Shown piece by piece: positions 46,539 to 56,329 of a stretch of 64,000 bases of DNA. Each line of letters begins with the position of its first letter. Position 1 is the first letter of the stretch. Below the pieces are notes generated by a model, which did no database searches, was not told the DNA's origin, and saw only the letters and a list, made by a program, of their open reading frames with translations. The position numbers were made by a program, and so were the translations under genes. The stretch comes from Deltaproteobacteria bacterium (lineage in GTDB: Bacteria > Desulfobacterota > Desulfobacteria > Desulfobacterales > SpSt-501). The stretch spans positions 20,710 to 84,709 of the forward strand of contig JACRCN010000079.1 in NCBI GenBank assembly GCA_016219005.1, given 5' to 3'.

Positions 46539-47531
46539 CTATTTCAGCACACCCTGTTCCTTGAAATACTGCTGCGCCCCCGGGTGCAGGTATTTTAAGG
46601 CATCCGGGGTCACCTGGTTGACCGCCGTATCGGGGGTCATGTCTTTGGCGCCCTTCCACACGGCCGACAGCTCGGTTTTACTGTCAAAAATGGTTTTCAC
46701 GATCAGGTACATCTTATCCTGGGGGAACTTGTCCATGGCGGTCAGCACCGCTGTGATGGCGATGGCCGGCACGTCGCTGTCCAAACCCGAGTAGACGCTT
46801 TTTTTAAAGGCGCTCTTGTGAAAGACCCCGGGGTTGGCCTTGAAGATTTTCTCCCGGACCTCGCCGTCCAAGGGCACCAGTACCATCTTCAGGCCGGGGG
46901 TCGAAGCCAGATCGATGATGGAGGAGGTGGGCACCGCCCCGCTCCAGAACATGGCCTGGATCTTGCCGTCCTTGAGTGCCGCCACCGACTCGGTCGCCCC
47001 GAGCTTCTCGCGGCTGAAGTCCTTGTTCCAGTCGATGCCGAGGGCCTTGAGCACGTAGTCGGCCTGCTCCTCGGTGCCGCTGTTGGGCGCGCCGACGGAC
47101 ACGCGTTTGCCCTTCAAGTCCATGATGGTCTTGACCCCGGTGCCCTCGGTGGTCACGATGTGCAGCGGCTGCTCGTAGAACCCGAGCACCAGCCGCACGT
47201 TGGGCGTGCCCGAAAGGCCGGGCACCTTGCCCTGGTTCGCCCACACCACGTGGTAGTCGTAGCAGAACGCCATTCCGGCCCGGCCCGCGGCGAGCAGCTT
47301 CAGGTTGTCGATGGCGGCGGTGGTGGCTTCCGAGGAGGCATCCGTGTTGGGCACCTTCTGGCCGATGAGTCCGCCGATGGCGCCTCCCAGCGGGTACCAC
47401 ACCCCGCCGGTACCGCCGCTGACAATGCTGAAGGAAAGCTTGCCCTGGGCGTGCGCACTCGATGCCGACAGGGCGAGCAGGGCGAAAACGGCCATAGCGC
47501 AGGCGATTGTCCAGAATTTCTGATTTCTCAT
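46539..47531 (-). CDS. TAXI-family TRAP solute-binding protein
   Basis: SGGTGGVWYPLG, DLKGKRVSVGAPNSGTE, LHPGA..YF; AGGAGGA RBS before 47531. Confidence 0.92.
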   Translation of the reverse strand: MRNQKFWTIACAMAVFALLALSASSAHAQGKLSFSIVSGGTGGVWYPLGGAIGGLIGQKVPNTDASSEATTAAIDNLKLLAAGRAGMAFCYDYHVVWANQGKVPGLSGTPNVRLVLGFYEQPLHIVTTEGTGVKTIMDLKGKRVSVGAPNSGTEEQADYVLKALGIDWNKDFSREKLGATESVAALKDGKIQAMFWSGAVPTSSIIDLASTPGLKMVLVPLDGEVREKIFKANPGVFHKSAFKKSVYSGLDSDVPAIAITAVLTAMDKFPQDKMYLIVKTIFDSKTELSAVWKGAKDMTPDTAVNQVTPDALKYLHPGAQQYFKEQGVLK

Positions 47532-47573
47532 CGCAATCCTCCTCGACAAATAAAAGGTTTAGCCGCTGAGTTT

Positions 47574-47719
47574 AACAAGGATGTTGAAAAAGAAGCATCC
47601 GGCCGTCCGCCAGGGCGTGCGGCGTTTTGGAACGCGCAGCCTATAGCGATAGGTGCGCAATTACCATAGCCGCACAACGCCGCCTCGCCGCCTTAGGCGC
47701 GGCTTTTCAACACCCTGTT
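47574..47719. repeat. MITE-like palindromic intergenic element
   Basis: Termini AACAAGGATGTTGAAAA / TTTTCAACACCCTGTT, with nested inner palindromes. Confidence 0.55.
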
Positions 47720-47792
47720 GCACCATAACCCGACATGCAGGATGATCTGACGCTGATCAGCCCTTGAACACGGAAGCCGGCTCAAGGCGACC

Positions 47793-49727
47793 CTATGGCA
47801 CAGCCGCCCGGCGACGCGCCATTATGTTTCGGGTGACAACGAGCGCCCCGATAGCCAGGGGCAAGAGGCCCTGAGCGGAAAGGCCGAAGGGGAACACGGC
47901 CATAACCAGGGCCGCCACGATCAACACGGCCCGCTCCGCCGGGTTCAGGGGGCCGCGAAAATGCCCCACGATGCCGATCGACAGCAGGAACAAGGCGGCC
48001 ATGCTGGTGAGGGCGGCCACGAAAAAGCCGGGCAGGCTTGCGCCCACGATGAGCAGGTTTTCCCCCGCCGGTGTAACCGAGAAGAAGAACGGCACCAGGA
48101 AGGCCGGCAGCGAATACTTCCAGGCCTGCATCATCGATCCGAAGGGGTGGCCGCCGGTGACGGCCGCCGCCGCCGAGGGCGAGAGTCCCACGGGCGGCGA
48201 CACCTCGGAGAGCACCGCGAAGTAAAACGCAAGCAGGTGGGCGACATGGACCGAGACACCCACCTTCACCAGGGCCGGCGCCACCATGACCACCGTCATG
48301 ATGTAGGTCGCCGTGATGGGCAGACTCAGGCCGATGACCATGGAGGCCACCATGGCCAGAAAGATGGCGATGATCCGCGAGCCGCCGCTGGCGGACATGA
48401 TGAGGCTTGAGATCTTGAGACCCAGGCCGGTAAGCGTGAACGTGCCCACGATCAACCCGGCGGCGGCCAGCAGCACGGCGACGGGAAGAACGTTTTTGCC
48501 GCCCTCGATGACGGCCTGGACGATCCTGCGGGGGGTCAGCCACTCGCTGCGGTCCCGGCTGAGAAAACTGGTCAGGATGGTGGTCGCCAGGGCGCCGAGG
48601 GCCGCATACTCGGGGGACTTGTTGAACACGGCCAGAATTGCCACCAGGACCCCCAGGGATATCAGGTGATACCCGCGGGTCTTCATGACATGCCCCACCG
48701 TTTGGGCCTCGGCCTCGGGCGGGGCGAAGTTGTACTTGCGGGCTTCCATCTCCACCATGAAAAAGGTCCCCAGGTAGTACAGAAGGGTGGGGACCAGCAC
48801 CATGATCACCACGTCGAGAAACGTGATGTTCAGAAACTGCATGATGAGGAAGGCCGCAGCCCCCATGAGGGGCGGCGAGATGACAGCACCGATGCCCCCC
48901 GCGGAGATCAGGCCGGCGGCCATGTCCGCCGAGTAGCCCGCCTTCTTGAGGATCGGCCACATGATGGGCGTCACCGAGATGGTGGTGGCCACCCCGCTGG
49001 CCTGCGGGCCGCCCAGGAGCGCGGTGGTGATGAGAGCCCCGCGGCCGGCACTGGCCGAGGTGCGCCCCATGGTCGCCAGCGACATGTCCATCCAGAAGTT
49101 GCCGGCGCCGGCCACGTCCATGAAGGTGCCGTAGACCACGAACAGCAGCACGAACGAGACGCTGACCGAAATGGGCACGCCGAAGATGCCCTCGAGCGTC
49201 ATGTACATGTGTCCGACGATCCGGTCGATTTCATATCCCCGGTGGGAGAGCGGGCCGGGAAAGTAGCTCCCGAAATAGCAATAGAGCAGGAACCCCAGAA
49301 CGACCAGGGTGAAGGTGTTGTCCACGATGCGGCGCGAGAGCTCAAGCAAGAGCAGGATGGCCGCGATGCCGAAGAACACGTCCAGGGGGTCCGGCAGGGT
49401 CGAGTTTCTGAGAAACAGGTCGAGGTGCGCGAGGGGGTAGACGATGGTGGCCGCCCCGAGGGCCGCCAGACCGGCGTCCATCCATATGGACCAGCGGCCG
49501 GCGTTCTTGAACGCCGGGTAGGCGAAAAAGGCCAGGGCGAAGATGAACCCCAGGTGGACCATGCGGAACGTGTGGGTCTCGATGGGGACGATGGCGCCGT
49601 AAATCGACCAACCGACGAAGGCCGCATAGAGGAAGCCGATGAGAACAGCCGCATTGCCGCGAAGCTCGCGCATGACTTTTCCTTGGACCCGCTCTTCGAA
49701 TTTGTCTTTTATCCTCAATATATCCAA
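47793..49727 (-). CDS. TRAP transporter fused permease (4TM/12TM)
   Basis: EGIFGVP, PPLMGAAAF, LPITATYI, SEVSPPVGL; TTG start. Confidence 0.92.
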   Translation of the reverse strand: MDILRIKDKFEERVQGKVMRELRGNAAVLIGFLYAAFVGWSIYGAIVPIETHTFRMVHLGFIFALAFFAYPAFKNAGRWSIWMDAGLAALGAATIVYPLAHLDLFLRNSTLPDPLDVFFGIAAILLLLELSRRIVDNTFTLVVLGFLLYCYFGSYFPGPLSHRGYEIDRIVGHMYMTLEGIFGVPISVSVSFVLLFVVYGTFMDVAGAGNFWMDMSLATMGRTSASAGRGALITTALLGGPQASGVATTISVTPIMWPILKKAGYSADMAAGLISAGGIGAVISPPLMGAAAFLIMQFLNITFLDVVIMVLVPTLLYYLGTFFMVEMEARKYNFAPPEAEAQTVGHVMKTRGYHLISLGVLVAILAVFNKSPEYAALGALATTILTSFLSRDRSEWLTPRRIVQAVIEGGKNVLPVAVLLAAAGLIVGTFTLTGLGLKISSLIMSASGGSRIIAIFLAMVASMVIGLSLPITATYIMTVVMVAPALVKVGVSVHVAHLLAFYFAVLSEVSPPVGLSPSAAAAVTGGHPFGSMMQAWKYSLPAFLVPFFFSVTPAGENLLIVGASLPGFFVAALTSMAALFLLSIGIVGHFRGPLNPAERAVLIVAALVMAVFPFGLSAQGLLPLAIGALVVTRNIMARRRAAVP

Positions 49728-49932
49728 GAACAGCGGTGAATTTCAAGCAGTTTCATCGGATCGGCAACGACGACTGTCGGTGCAGGACAACCTGCTTCTG
49801 GGTGCCTACACCGTGGAATCCAAAGAGCATACCGCCGCAAGCGTTTGTGGAGGTTGAAGCCCTGTCTGGGAAACCGGGAGGCTCGGCTCTGGGCCGGGGC
49901 GCTGCGCACGGAAAACGAAGCCGTCCGCCGGC

Positions 49933-51723
49933 TCACCGGTTCTTCATTTTCCGCAGTCGGATGGATTTCGGCGTCACTTCCACCAGTTCGTCGTCGCCGA
50001 TATACTCCATGGCCTGCTCAAGGGTGAACTGCCGCGGCGGGATCAGGCGCAACGCCTCGTCCGTGCCCGAGGCCCGGATGTTGGTGAGCTTCTTTTCCTT
50101 GGTGATGTTGACCCAGATGTCCTGCGTGCGCGAGTTCTCGCCCACGATCAAGCCCGGGTAGACCGGGTCGTTGGGGTTGATGAAGATGGTGCCGCGCGGC
50201 TGCAGGTGAAAGATCGCGTAGGCCACGGCCTTGCCGTCGCGGTCGGAGACCAGCACCCCGTTGGGCCGGCCGACGATGTCCCCGGCATAGGGCCGGTGGC
50301 CGATGAGCAGCGCGTTCAGGATCCCCGTGCCGTGGGTGTCGGTCAGAAACTGGCTGCGGAAGCCGATCAGGCCCCGGGAGGGGATCTCGAACTCCAGGCG
50401 CACGCGGCCGAAGCCGTTGTTGATCATCTTGACCATCTGGCCGCGCCGGGCGCTCATCATTTCCGTCACGATTCCGATGAACTTTTCCGGGATGTCCACC
50501 ACGGCCCGCTCCACCGGCTCGAGGAACCGGCCGTTCTCCTGGCGGGTGATGACTTTCGGGTTCGAAAGCGACAGCTCGAAGCCCTCCCGCCGCATCGTTT
50601 CCACCAGCACCGCCAGCTGCAGCTCGCCCCGGGCGCTCACCCGGAAGGAGTCCCGGTTCTCGGTCTGCTCGACCCGGATGCTCACGTTGTAGAGCAACTC
50701 CTTTTCCAGGCGCTCCTTGATGTGCCGGGAGGTGAGATACCGGCCGCCGTCCCTGCCCGCCAGGGGCGAGGTGTTCACCGAGAAGACCATGGAGATGGTC
50801 GGCTCCTCGACCGTGATGGCCGGCAAGGGCCGCGGATCCAGGAGGTCGCCCAGGGTGTCGCCGATGAAGATGTCATCCACGCCTGCCACGGCCGCGATGT
50901 CGCCTGCCGGAATCACGTCCCTTTCCACCCGGTTGAGCCCATCGTAGCTGTACACGACGCTGAGAGAGGCTTTGCGGGTCGTGCCGTCCGCTTTTAGCAG
51001 CGCCACCTCCTGGCCCTTCTGCAGCGAGCCGTTCACGACCTTGCCGACGGCGATCCGGCCCACGTAGTCGCTGTGATGCAGTGTCGTGACCAGGAACTGC
51101 AGCGGTGCTGCCGGGTCGTACGCCGGGGCGGGGATGGAGGCGAGGATGGCTTCAAACAGCGGCACCAGGCCGCGTCCCTGAACATCGTCGGGATCCGTCA
51201 GGGCGATGCCCGCCTTGGCATTCGTGTAGAGCACCGGAAAATTCAACTGCTCCTCGGTCGCGTCGAGGTCGATGAACAGGTCGTAGATCTCGTCCAGGAC
51301 CTCGTGGATGCGCCGGTCCGGGCGGTCGATCTTGTTGATCACCACGATGGGCGGCAGCCCGCGCGCGAGCGCCTTGCCGAGCACGAAGCGCGTCTGCGGC
51401 AGCGGGCCCTCCGTGGCGTCGACCAGGAGCATGACCCCGTCCACCATGTTGAGCGTGCGCTCCACTTCGCCGCCGAAATCCGCGTGGCCGGGGGTGTCGA
51501 CGATGTTGATCTTGGTGTCCCGGTAAACGATCGCGGTGTTCTTGGCCATGATGGTGATGCCCTTCTCGCGTTCAAGGTCCATGCTGTCCATGACCCGTTC
51601 GGCCACCATCTCGTTGTCCCGGAAAACGCCGCTCTGCCAGAGCATGGCATCGACGAGGGTGGTCTTGCCGTGGTCGACGTGGGCGACGATGGCCAGATTT
51701 CGCAAATCCTGACGTAGCTGCAT
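49933..51723 (-). CDS. typA: Translational GTPase TypA/BipA
   Basis: [51 protein letters not shown]. Confidence 0.97.
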   Translation of the reverse strand: MQLRQDLRNLAIVAHVDHGKTTLVDAMLWQSGVFRDNEMVAERVMDSMDLEREKGITIMAKNTAIVYRDTKINIVDTPGHADFGGEVERTLNMVDGVMLLVDATEGPLPQTRFVLGKALARGLPPIVVINKIDRPDRRIHEVLDEIYDLFIDLDATEEQLNFPVLYTNAKAGIALTDPDDVQGRGLVPLFEAILASIPAPAYDPAAPLQFLVTTLHHSDYVGRIAVGKVVNGSLQKGQEVALLKADGTTRKASLSVVYSYDGLNRVERDVIPAGDIAAVAGVDDIFIGDTLGDLLDPRPLPAITVEEPTISMVFSVNTSPLAGRDGGRYLTSRHIKERLEKELLYNVSIRVEQTENRDSFRVSARGELQLAVLVETMRREGFELSLSNPKVITRQENGRFLEPVERAVVDIPEKFIGIVTEMMSARRGQMVKMINNGFGRVRLEFEIPSRGLIGFRSQFLTDTHGTGILNALLIGHRPYAGDIVGRPNGVLVSDRDGKAVAYAIFHLQPRGTIFINPNDPVYPGLIVGENSRTQDIWVNITKEKKLTNIRASGTDEALRLIPPRQFTLEQAMEYIGDDELVEVTPKSIRLRKMKNR

Positions 51724-51795
51724 GACAAACCTCTTTAATGTTCCATTCGTGAAAGCAAAGAAAATCACCCGCCTTCCGGCAACGTGTTTCCGGCT

Positions 51796-52923
51796 TCAAC
51801 CGGTGACAACTTTCCGGAGTACCTCGTAAACCGTGATCAAGCTCTTCAGGCTTACCCACTCGTCCACCGCGTGGGCGCCGTGGCCCACCGGCCCGAAGAG
51901 GACGCTGGGGATTCCCGCAAGCCCCATGAGTGCCGAGTCCGCCCAGAAGGAAAGACCGGTAAGGGGCGCTTCGGGCAGGGCGTGGCGGAGCCGGGCGATG
52001 ATCTGCGCTGCGGCCGGGGCCTGATAGGGCGGCCGGGAGAAGATCTTTCGGCCGGCCACGCGATGGCCCCCCGGAAGCCGCTGAACCGCCGCCGCCACCC
52101 GGTCGAGCTCGCGGTCCACCTCCGACGGGTCTTCGTCCGGAAGCGTGCGCCTTTCCCACTGCAGAAGGGCCCGGGCGGGAATGACGCTCAGCGCGGTGCC
52201 GCCCTCGACCCTGCCCCCGTGAAGGGACGCATGGCCCAGCCAAGGGTCCGGCGGCCGTTCGGACAGCCGGCTGCGGATGCGGTCGAGCTCGGAGAGCGCC
52301 TTCCGCAGGGGCAGGATGGCATCGATCCCTTCGGCGGGCCGGCTGCCGTGGGCGGCCCGGCCGAGAATCTCGATCTCAAACCAGCTGAAGCCCTTGTGGG
52401 AGACCCCGATGGCCTCCTCCGTGGGCTCGAGAAAAACAGCCGCCGCAGGCGCCGGCGCGACGGTCGGAAGCCAATCGCGCACGAGCTGTTCGGTGCCGAG
52501 GCTGCGGTCCTCCTCGTCGGCCGAAAACGTCAGCCAGACATCGGCGGCCGGCGGGTGGGTCGAGAAAGACTCGGCCAGCGCCAGCATGACCGCGACACTG
52601 CCCTTCATGTCGTAGGCCCCGCGGCCGTAAAGCCGGTCGCCCTCTTGCCGCAGCGTGAAGGGGGCCGGCATGCCTTCCACCCCCACCGTGTCGATGTGAC
52701 CATTCAGAACGAGCGATCCCCGGCCGTCTTTCCCGCGCGCCACGGCCACCACGTTGGCCCGGGCGGCGGCCACGGGACAAAGCTCGGCTTCCAGGCCGAG
52801 TTTTATGAGGTGATGGCAGATAAAGTCGGCGATTCCGGCTTCGCCGGGACCTCCGGCGAGGCTCGGGTTGATGGAATTGATGGCGACCACTTCGCCGAGA
52901 AGCTGGAGGATCCGTTTTTCCAT
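51796..52923 (-). CDS. M20 family ArgE/DapE-like deacylase
   Basis: LNGHIDTV, GRGAYDMKG, ADEE, EPT, AHAVDE. Confidence 0.85.
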   Translation of the reverse strand: MEKRILQLLGEVVAINSINPSLAGGPGEAGIADFICHHLIKLGLEAELCPVAAARANVVAVARGKDGRGSLVLNGHIDTVGVEGMPAPFTLRQEGDRLYGRGAYDMKGSVAVMLALAESFSTHPPAADVWLTFSADEEDRSLGTEQLVRDWLPTVAPAPAAAVFLEPTEEAIGVSHKGFSWFEIEILGRAAHGSRPAEGIDAILPLRKALSELDRIRSRLSERPPDPWLGHASLHGGRVEGGTALSVIPARALLQWERRTLPDEDPSEVDRELDRVAAAVQRLPGGHRVAGRKIFSRPPYQAPAAAQIIARLRHALPEAPLTGLSFWADSALMGLAGIPSVLFGPVGHGAHAVDEWVSLKSLITVYEVLRKVVTG

Positions 52924-53097
52924 GAAGGCATTCCCTTTCGGTCGAAATTAGGTAAAACTATAAGCCGCGCGACGGGTTGTCAAATTATGATTTGACCCTT
53001 TTCCATATAATCGCTAATTATTCGCGTCGTAGTTCGATAGGATTCCGTTTGACGTATTTCGACTGAACCATCTTACGTGTCTGCCTCAGGAGGAACC

Positions 53098-54153
53098 ATG
53101 CCCCATCGTATCGCGTTGATCCCAGGTGACGGCATCGGCCGCGAGGTCGTACCCGAAGGGGTGCGGGCCTTGAAAACGCTTTCCGGCCGCTTCAAATTTG
53201 CCATGGAGTTCACCGAGTTCCCTTATTCCTGCGAGCATTATCTTCAGACCGGCAGGATGATGCCCGAGGACGGCCTTGCGCAACTCAGGCCGTTCGACGC
53301 CATCCTTCTCGGCGCCGTCGGCGCCCCCCAGGTGCCCGACCACGTGTCGCTGTGGGGCCTGCTGATCCCCATCCGCCGGGACTTCGACCAGTACGTGAAT
53401 CTCCGGCCGGTGCGCCTGCTTCCGGGCATCCGTTCGCCGCTTTCCGGCCGCACGGCCCAGGACATCGACTTCGTCATCGTGCGGGAGAACACCGAGGGCG
53501 AATACTCTTCGGCCGGCGGCCGGCTCTTCCAGGGCACGGAGCGGGAGGTCGCGGTCCAGGAGTCCGTCTTCACCCGCCACGGGGTGGACCGCATCATGCG
53601 CTACGCCTTCAACCTCGCCCGCCGCCGGCCGAAGAAGCACGTCACCTCGGCCACCAAGTCGAACGGCATCATCCACACCATGCCGTTCTGGGACGAACGC
53701 TTCCGTGCCACCGCCAAAGAATTCCCGGACGTGAAGACCAGCCAGTATCACATCGACATCCTCACGGCGAACTTCGTCCAGCACCCGGACTGGTTCGACG
53801 TGGTGGTGGGCAGCAACCTCTTCGGCGACATCCTCTCCGACCTCGGCCCGGCCTGCGCCGGCGGCATCGGGATCGCGCCCTCGGCCAATATGAACCCGGA
53901 GAAGATCTACCCCTCCATGTTCGAGCCGGTGCACGGCTCCGCACCCGACATCGCGGGCAAGGGCATCGCCAACCCCGTCGCCACCCTGTGGTCGGTGGTG
54001 CTGATGCTGGATTTCCTGGGCGAGGCGGCAGCCGCCAAGGCGCTCATGGCGGCCATCGAGGCCGTGACGGGGGAAGGCAAGGTGCTGACGCGGGATCTCG
54101 GCGGCAAGGCCGGCACCCGGGATTTTACGGATGCCGTGCTCAACCGACTGTAA
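53098..54153 (+). CDS. Tartrate dehydrogenase/decarboxylase (D-malate dehydrogenase family)
   Basis: IPGDGIG, DHVSLWGLL, ATKSNG, MPFWD, NLFGDILSD, FEPVHGSAPDI; AGGAGGA RBS. Confidence 0.9.
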   Translation: MPHRIALIPGDGIGREVVPEGVRALKTLSGRFKFAMEFTEFPYSCEHYLQTGRMMPEDGLAQLRPFDAILLGAVGAPQVPDHVSLWGLLIPIRRDFDQYVNLRPVRLLPGIRSPLSGRTAQDIDFVIVRENTEGEYSSAGGRLFQGTEREVAVQESVFTRHGVDRIMRYAFNLARRRPKKHVTSATKSNGIIHTMPFWDERFRATAKEFPDVKTSQYHIDILTANFVQHPDWFDVVVGSNLFGDILSDLGPACAGGIGIAPSANMNPEKIYPSMFEPVHGSAPDIAGKGIANPVATLWSVVLMLDFLGEAAAAKALMAAIEAVTGEGKVLTRDLGGKAGTRDFTDAVLNRL

Positions 54154-55344
54154 CTACTGACTTTTGAGCTGGTCCAGCAGCTTCGGCAGGATAGCCTGTG
54201 CGTCGCCGACGACTCCGATGTCCGCGATCTTGAAGATCGGGGCGTCGGGGTCCTTGTTGATGGCGACGATTTTTTTCGACGAGCTCATCCCCACGATGTG
54301 CTGGACGGCACCGCTGATGCCGACCGCGACGTAGAGGTCCGGGCCGACGGTGGTGCCGGATTGCCCCACCTGGAGCGTGTGGGGGATCCAGCCGAGCTCG
54401 ACGATGGCGCGCGAACCCGCCAGGCTGCCGCCCAGCCGGTGCGCCAGGCGGCGCACCAGGTCCAGGTTGGACGGTTCCCCGCAACCGCGGCCGGCCGACA
54501 CGAGGATGCGCGCCTCCTCGATCTTCTCCCCAAATTCCGCCGCCGGGAGCTCCTCCACCACCCGGGTGCGGATCGCGGCTTTCGACAGGTTGACCGGAAA
54601 GTCCTGGATGGCCACCGGTCGGCGCGTGTCCGGCTCGGCCGCGCTGAAAACGTTCGGCCGCACGGTGGCGCACTGGGGTCGGGTGTAGGGGGTGACGATG
54701 CTCGCCATGATGTTGCCGCCGAAGGCCGGCCGGGTCTGAACGAGCTGGCCCTGGTCGTCGATGGCGAGCCCGGTGCAGTCGGCGGTGAGGCCCAGGCGCA
54801 GCCGTGCCGCCACCCGCGGGGCAAGGTCGCGGCCGTTGGGGGTGGCCCCGAAAAGCAGCACCGAGGGCTTCTCCTTGGCCACCACGGCCGACAGCGCCGT
54901 CGTGAAACCATCGGTGGAATAGCGGCCGAGGAGTTCGTGGCGGCAGCAGATCACCCGGTCCGCCCCCTGGTGGCAGAGCCGTTCCAGTCCGGCCAGGCGG
55001 CCGTCGCCTAAAACCACCGCGAGCAGGGGCTGCCCCAGACGATCGGCCAGCCTGCGGCCGTGGGTGAGGAGCTCATGCACCACCCGCCGCGGGACCAACC
55101 GGCCTTCCTTTGCCTCGCACTCGGCCCAGACGAAAACCCCCACGGATCTGGCAAGCTCTTCGGGCGAGGCCTGGCGGCGCTCGATGGAAAGGGCGGATTG
55201 CGGGCAGACGCTCACGCAGGCCCCGCACAGGGTGCAGCGCTCGTCCACCGTGATCTTCTCCGCGCCGGCGGAAATCGCGCCGAAGGGGCATGATTTCTGA
55301 CAGAGGCCGCAGAGATTACAGACGTTATGAATTATTTTCAGCAT
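54154..55344 (-). CDS. etfA: Electron transfer flavoprotein alpha subunit with N-terminal 2x[4Fe-4S] ferredoxin domain
   Basis: [62 protein letters not shown]. Confidence 0.93.
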   Translation of the reverse strand: MLKIIHNVCNLCGLCQKSCPFGAISAGAEKITVDERCTLCGACVSVCPQSALSIERRQASPEELARSVGVFVWAECEAKEGRLVPRRVVHELLTHGRRLADRLGQPLLAVVLGDGRLAGLERLCHQGADRVICCRHELLGRYSTDGFTTALSAVVAKEKPSVLLFGATPNGRDLAPRVAARLRLGLTADCTGLAIDDQGQLVQTRPAFGGNIMASIVTPYTRPQCATVRPNVFSAAEPDTRRPVAIQDFPVNLSKAAIRTRVVEELPAAEFGEKIEEARILVSAGRGCGEPSNLDLVRRLAHRLGGSLAGSRAIVELGWIPHTLQVGQSGTTVGPDLYVAVGISGAVQHIVGMSSSKKIVAINKDPDAPIFKIADIGVVGDAQAILPKLLDQLKSQ

Positions 55345-55370
55345 TTTTCAACCTAGCTTCGGTTTTGAGC

Positions 55371-56168
55371 TCATACATACCTTTCCGCCCTCAGGAATGC
55401 CGCAATTTCATGGGCGGCCTGAGCCGGATCGAGGCCTTCGAGCTTGCGCCCGCCCGATTTCGGCTCGGGCGGGAAGACTTTCACCACCTGGGTGTAGGAC
55501 CCGGCGAGCCCCAGCTCGGACTCGCTGAGATCGAGGTCCGCGGCCGTGATCTTCCTGAGCTCTTTCCGGCGCGCCGCCAGCACGTCCGCGAGCGATGGCA
55601 TGCGCCGCATCGCATCGCCTTTGCTGGCCGAAACCAGGGCCGGCAGGCGTGCCTCCAGCACCTCGTGGCCGGACTCGACCTCGCGTTTGACCCGGATGCG
55701 CTTGCGGTTCGGGGTGAAGCTCATCTCGACCGCGTACATGACCTGCGGCAGGCCCAGGATCTCGGCGATCTCCGGGCCTACCTGGGCGGTGTCGCCGTCG
55801 ATGGCCTGCTTGCCGGCGAGAACCAGATCGTAGCCGGGAACTTCCTTGCGCAGGACCGCCGCCAGCGTCAGCGCGGTGGCCCAGGTGTCGGCGCCGGCGA
55901 ACTGGCGGTCGCTCACGAGCACGGCGCGGTCAGCCCCCAGCTCGAGGCAGCGCAGGAGCGCGGATTCAGCCTGGGGCGGCCCCATGCTGACGGCGACGAC
56001 CTCGATTCCGGGGTCCCCGTTTTTGAGCCGCACGGCGTGATCCAGGGCATACTCGCAGAAAGGGTTCAGAATCGAGGCGACACCCTCGCGGATCAACGTC
56101 CCGGTCTCCGGATTGACCCGCACGTTGGTGATTTCAGGGACCTGTTTGACGCAGACGGCGATTTGCAT
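55371..56168 (-). CDS. etfB: Electron transfer flavoprotein beta subunit
   Basis: VCVKQVP, SMGPP, FAGADT, GKQAIDGDTAQVGP. Confidence 0.94.
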   Translation of the reverse strand: MQIAVCVKQVPEITNVRVNPETGTLIREGVASILNPFCEYALDHAVRLKNGDPGIEVVAVSMGPPQAESALLRCLELGADRAVLVSDRQFAGADTWATALTLAAVLRKEVPGYDLVLAGKQAIDGDTAQVGPEIAEILGLPQVMYAVEMSFTPNRKRIRVKREVESGHEVLEARLPALVSASKGDAMRRMPSLADVLAARRKELRKITAADLDLSESELGLAGSYTQVVKVFPPEPKSGGRKLEGLDPAQAAHEIAAFLRAERYV

Positions 56169-56196
56169 GGGGATGGTGTCCAGTGTTTGGGTGTTT

Positions 56197-56270
56197 TGTG
56201 GGAGTGGCTTCCAGCCACGATTATGGTGGACTTCGTTGATTTGTCATCGCGGCAAGATGCCGCTCCCACA
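56197..56270. repeat. REPIN: inverted pair of GTGG-type REP sequences
   Basis: TGTGGGAGTGGCTTCCAGCCACGAT (56197-56221) and inverted TGTGGGAGCGGCATCTTGCCGCGAT (56270-56246). Confidence 0.75.
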
Positions 56271-56329
56271 AGGAAACAGAGCACTCGAATTTTACTTCAT
56301 TGAAAACACTTCATTTGATCCCCTGAACC

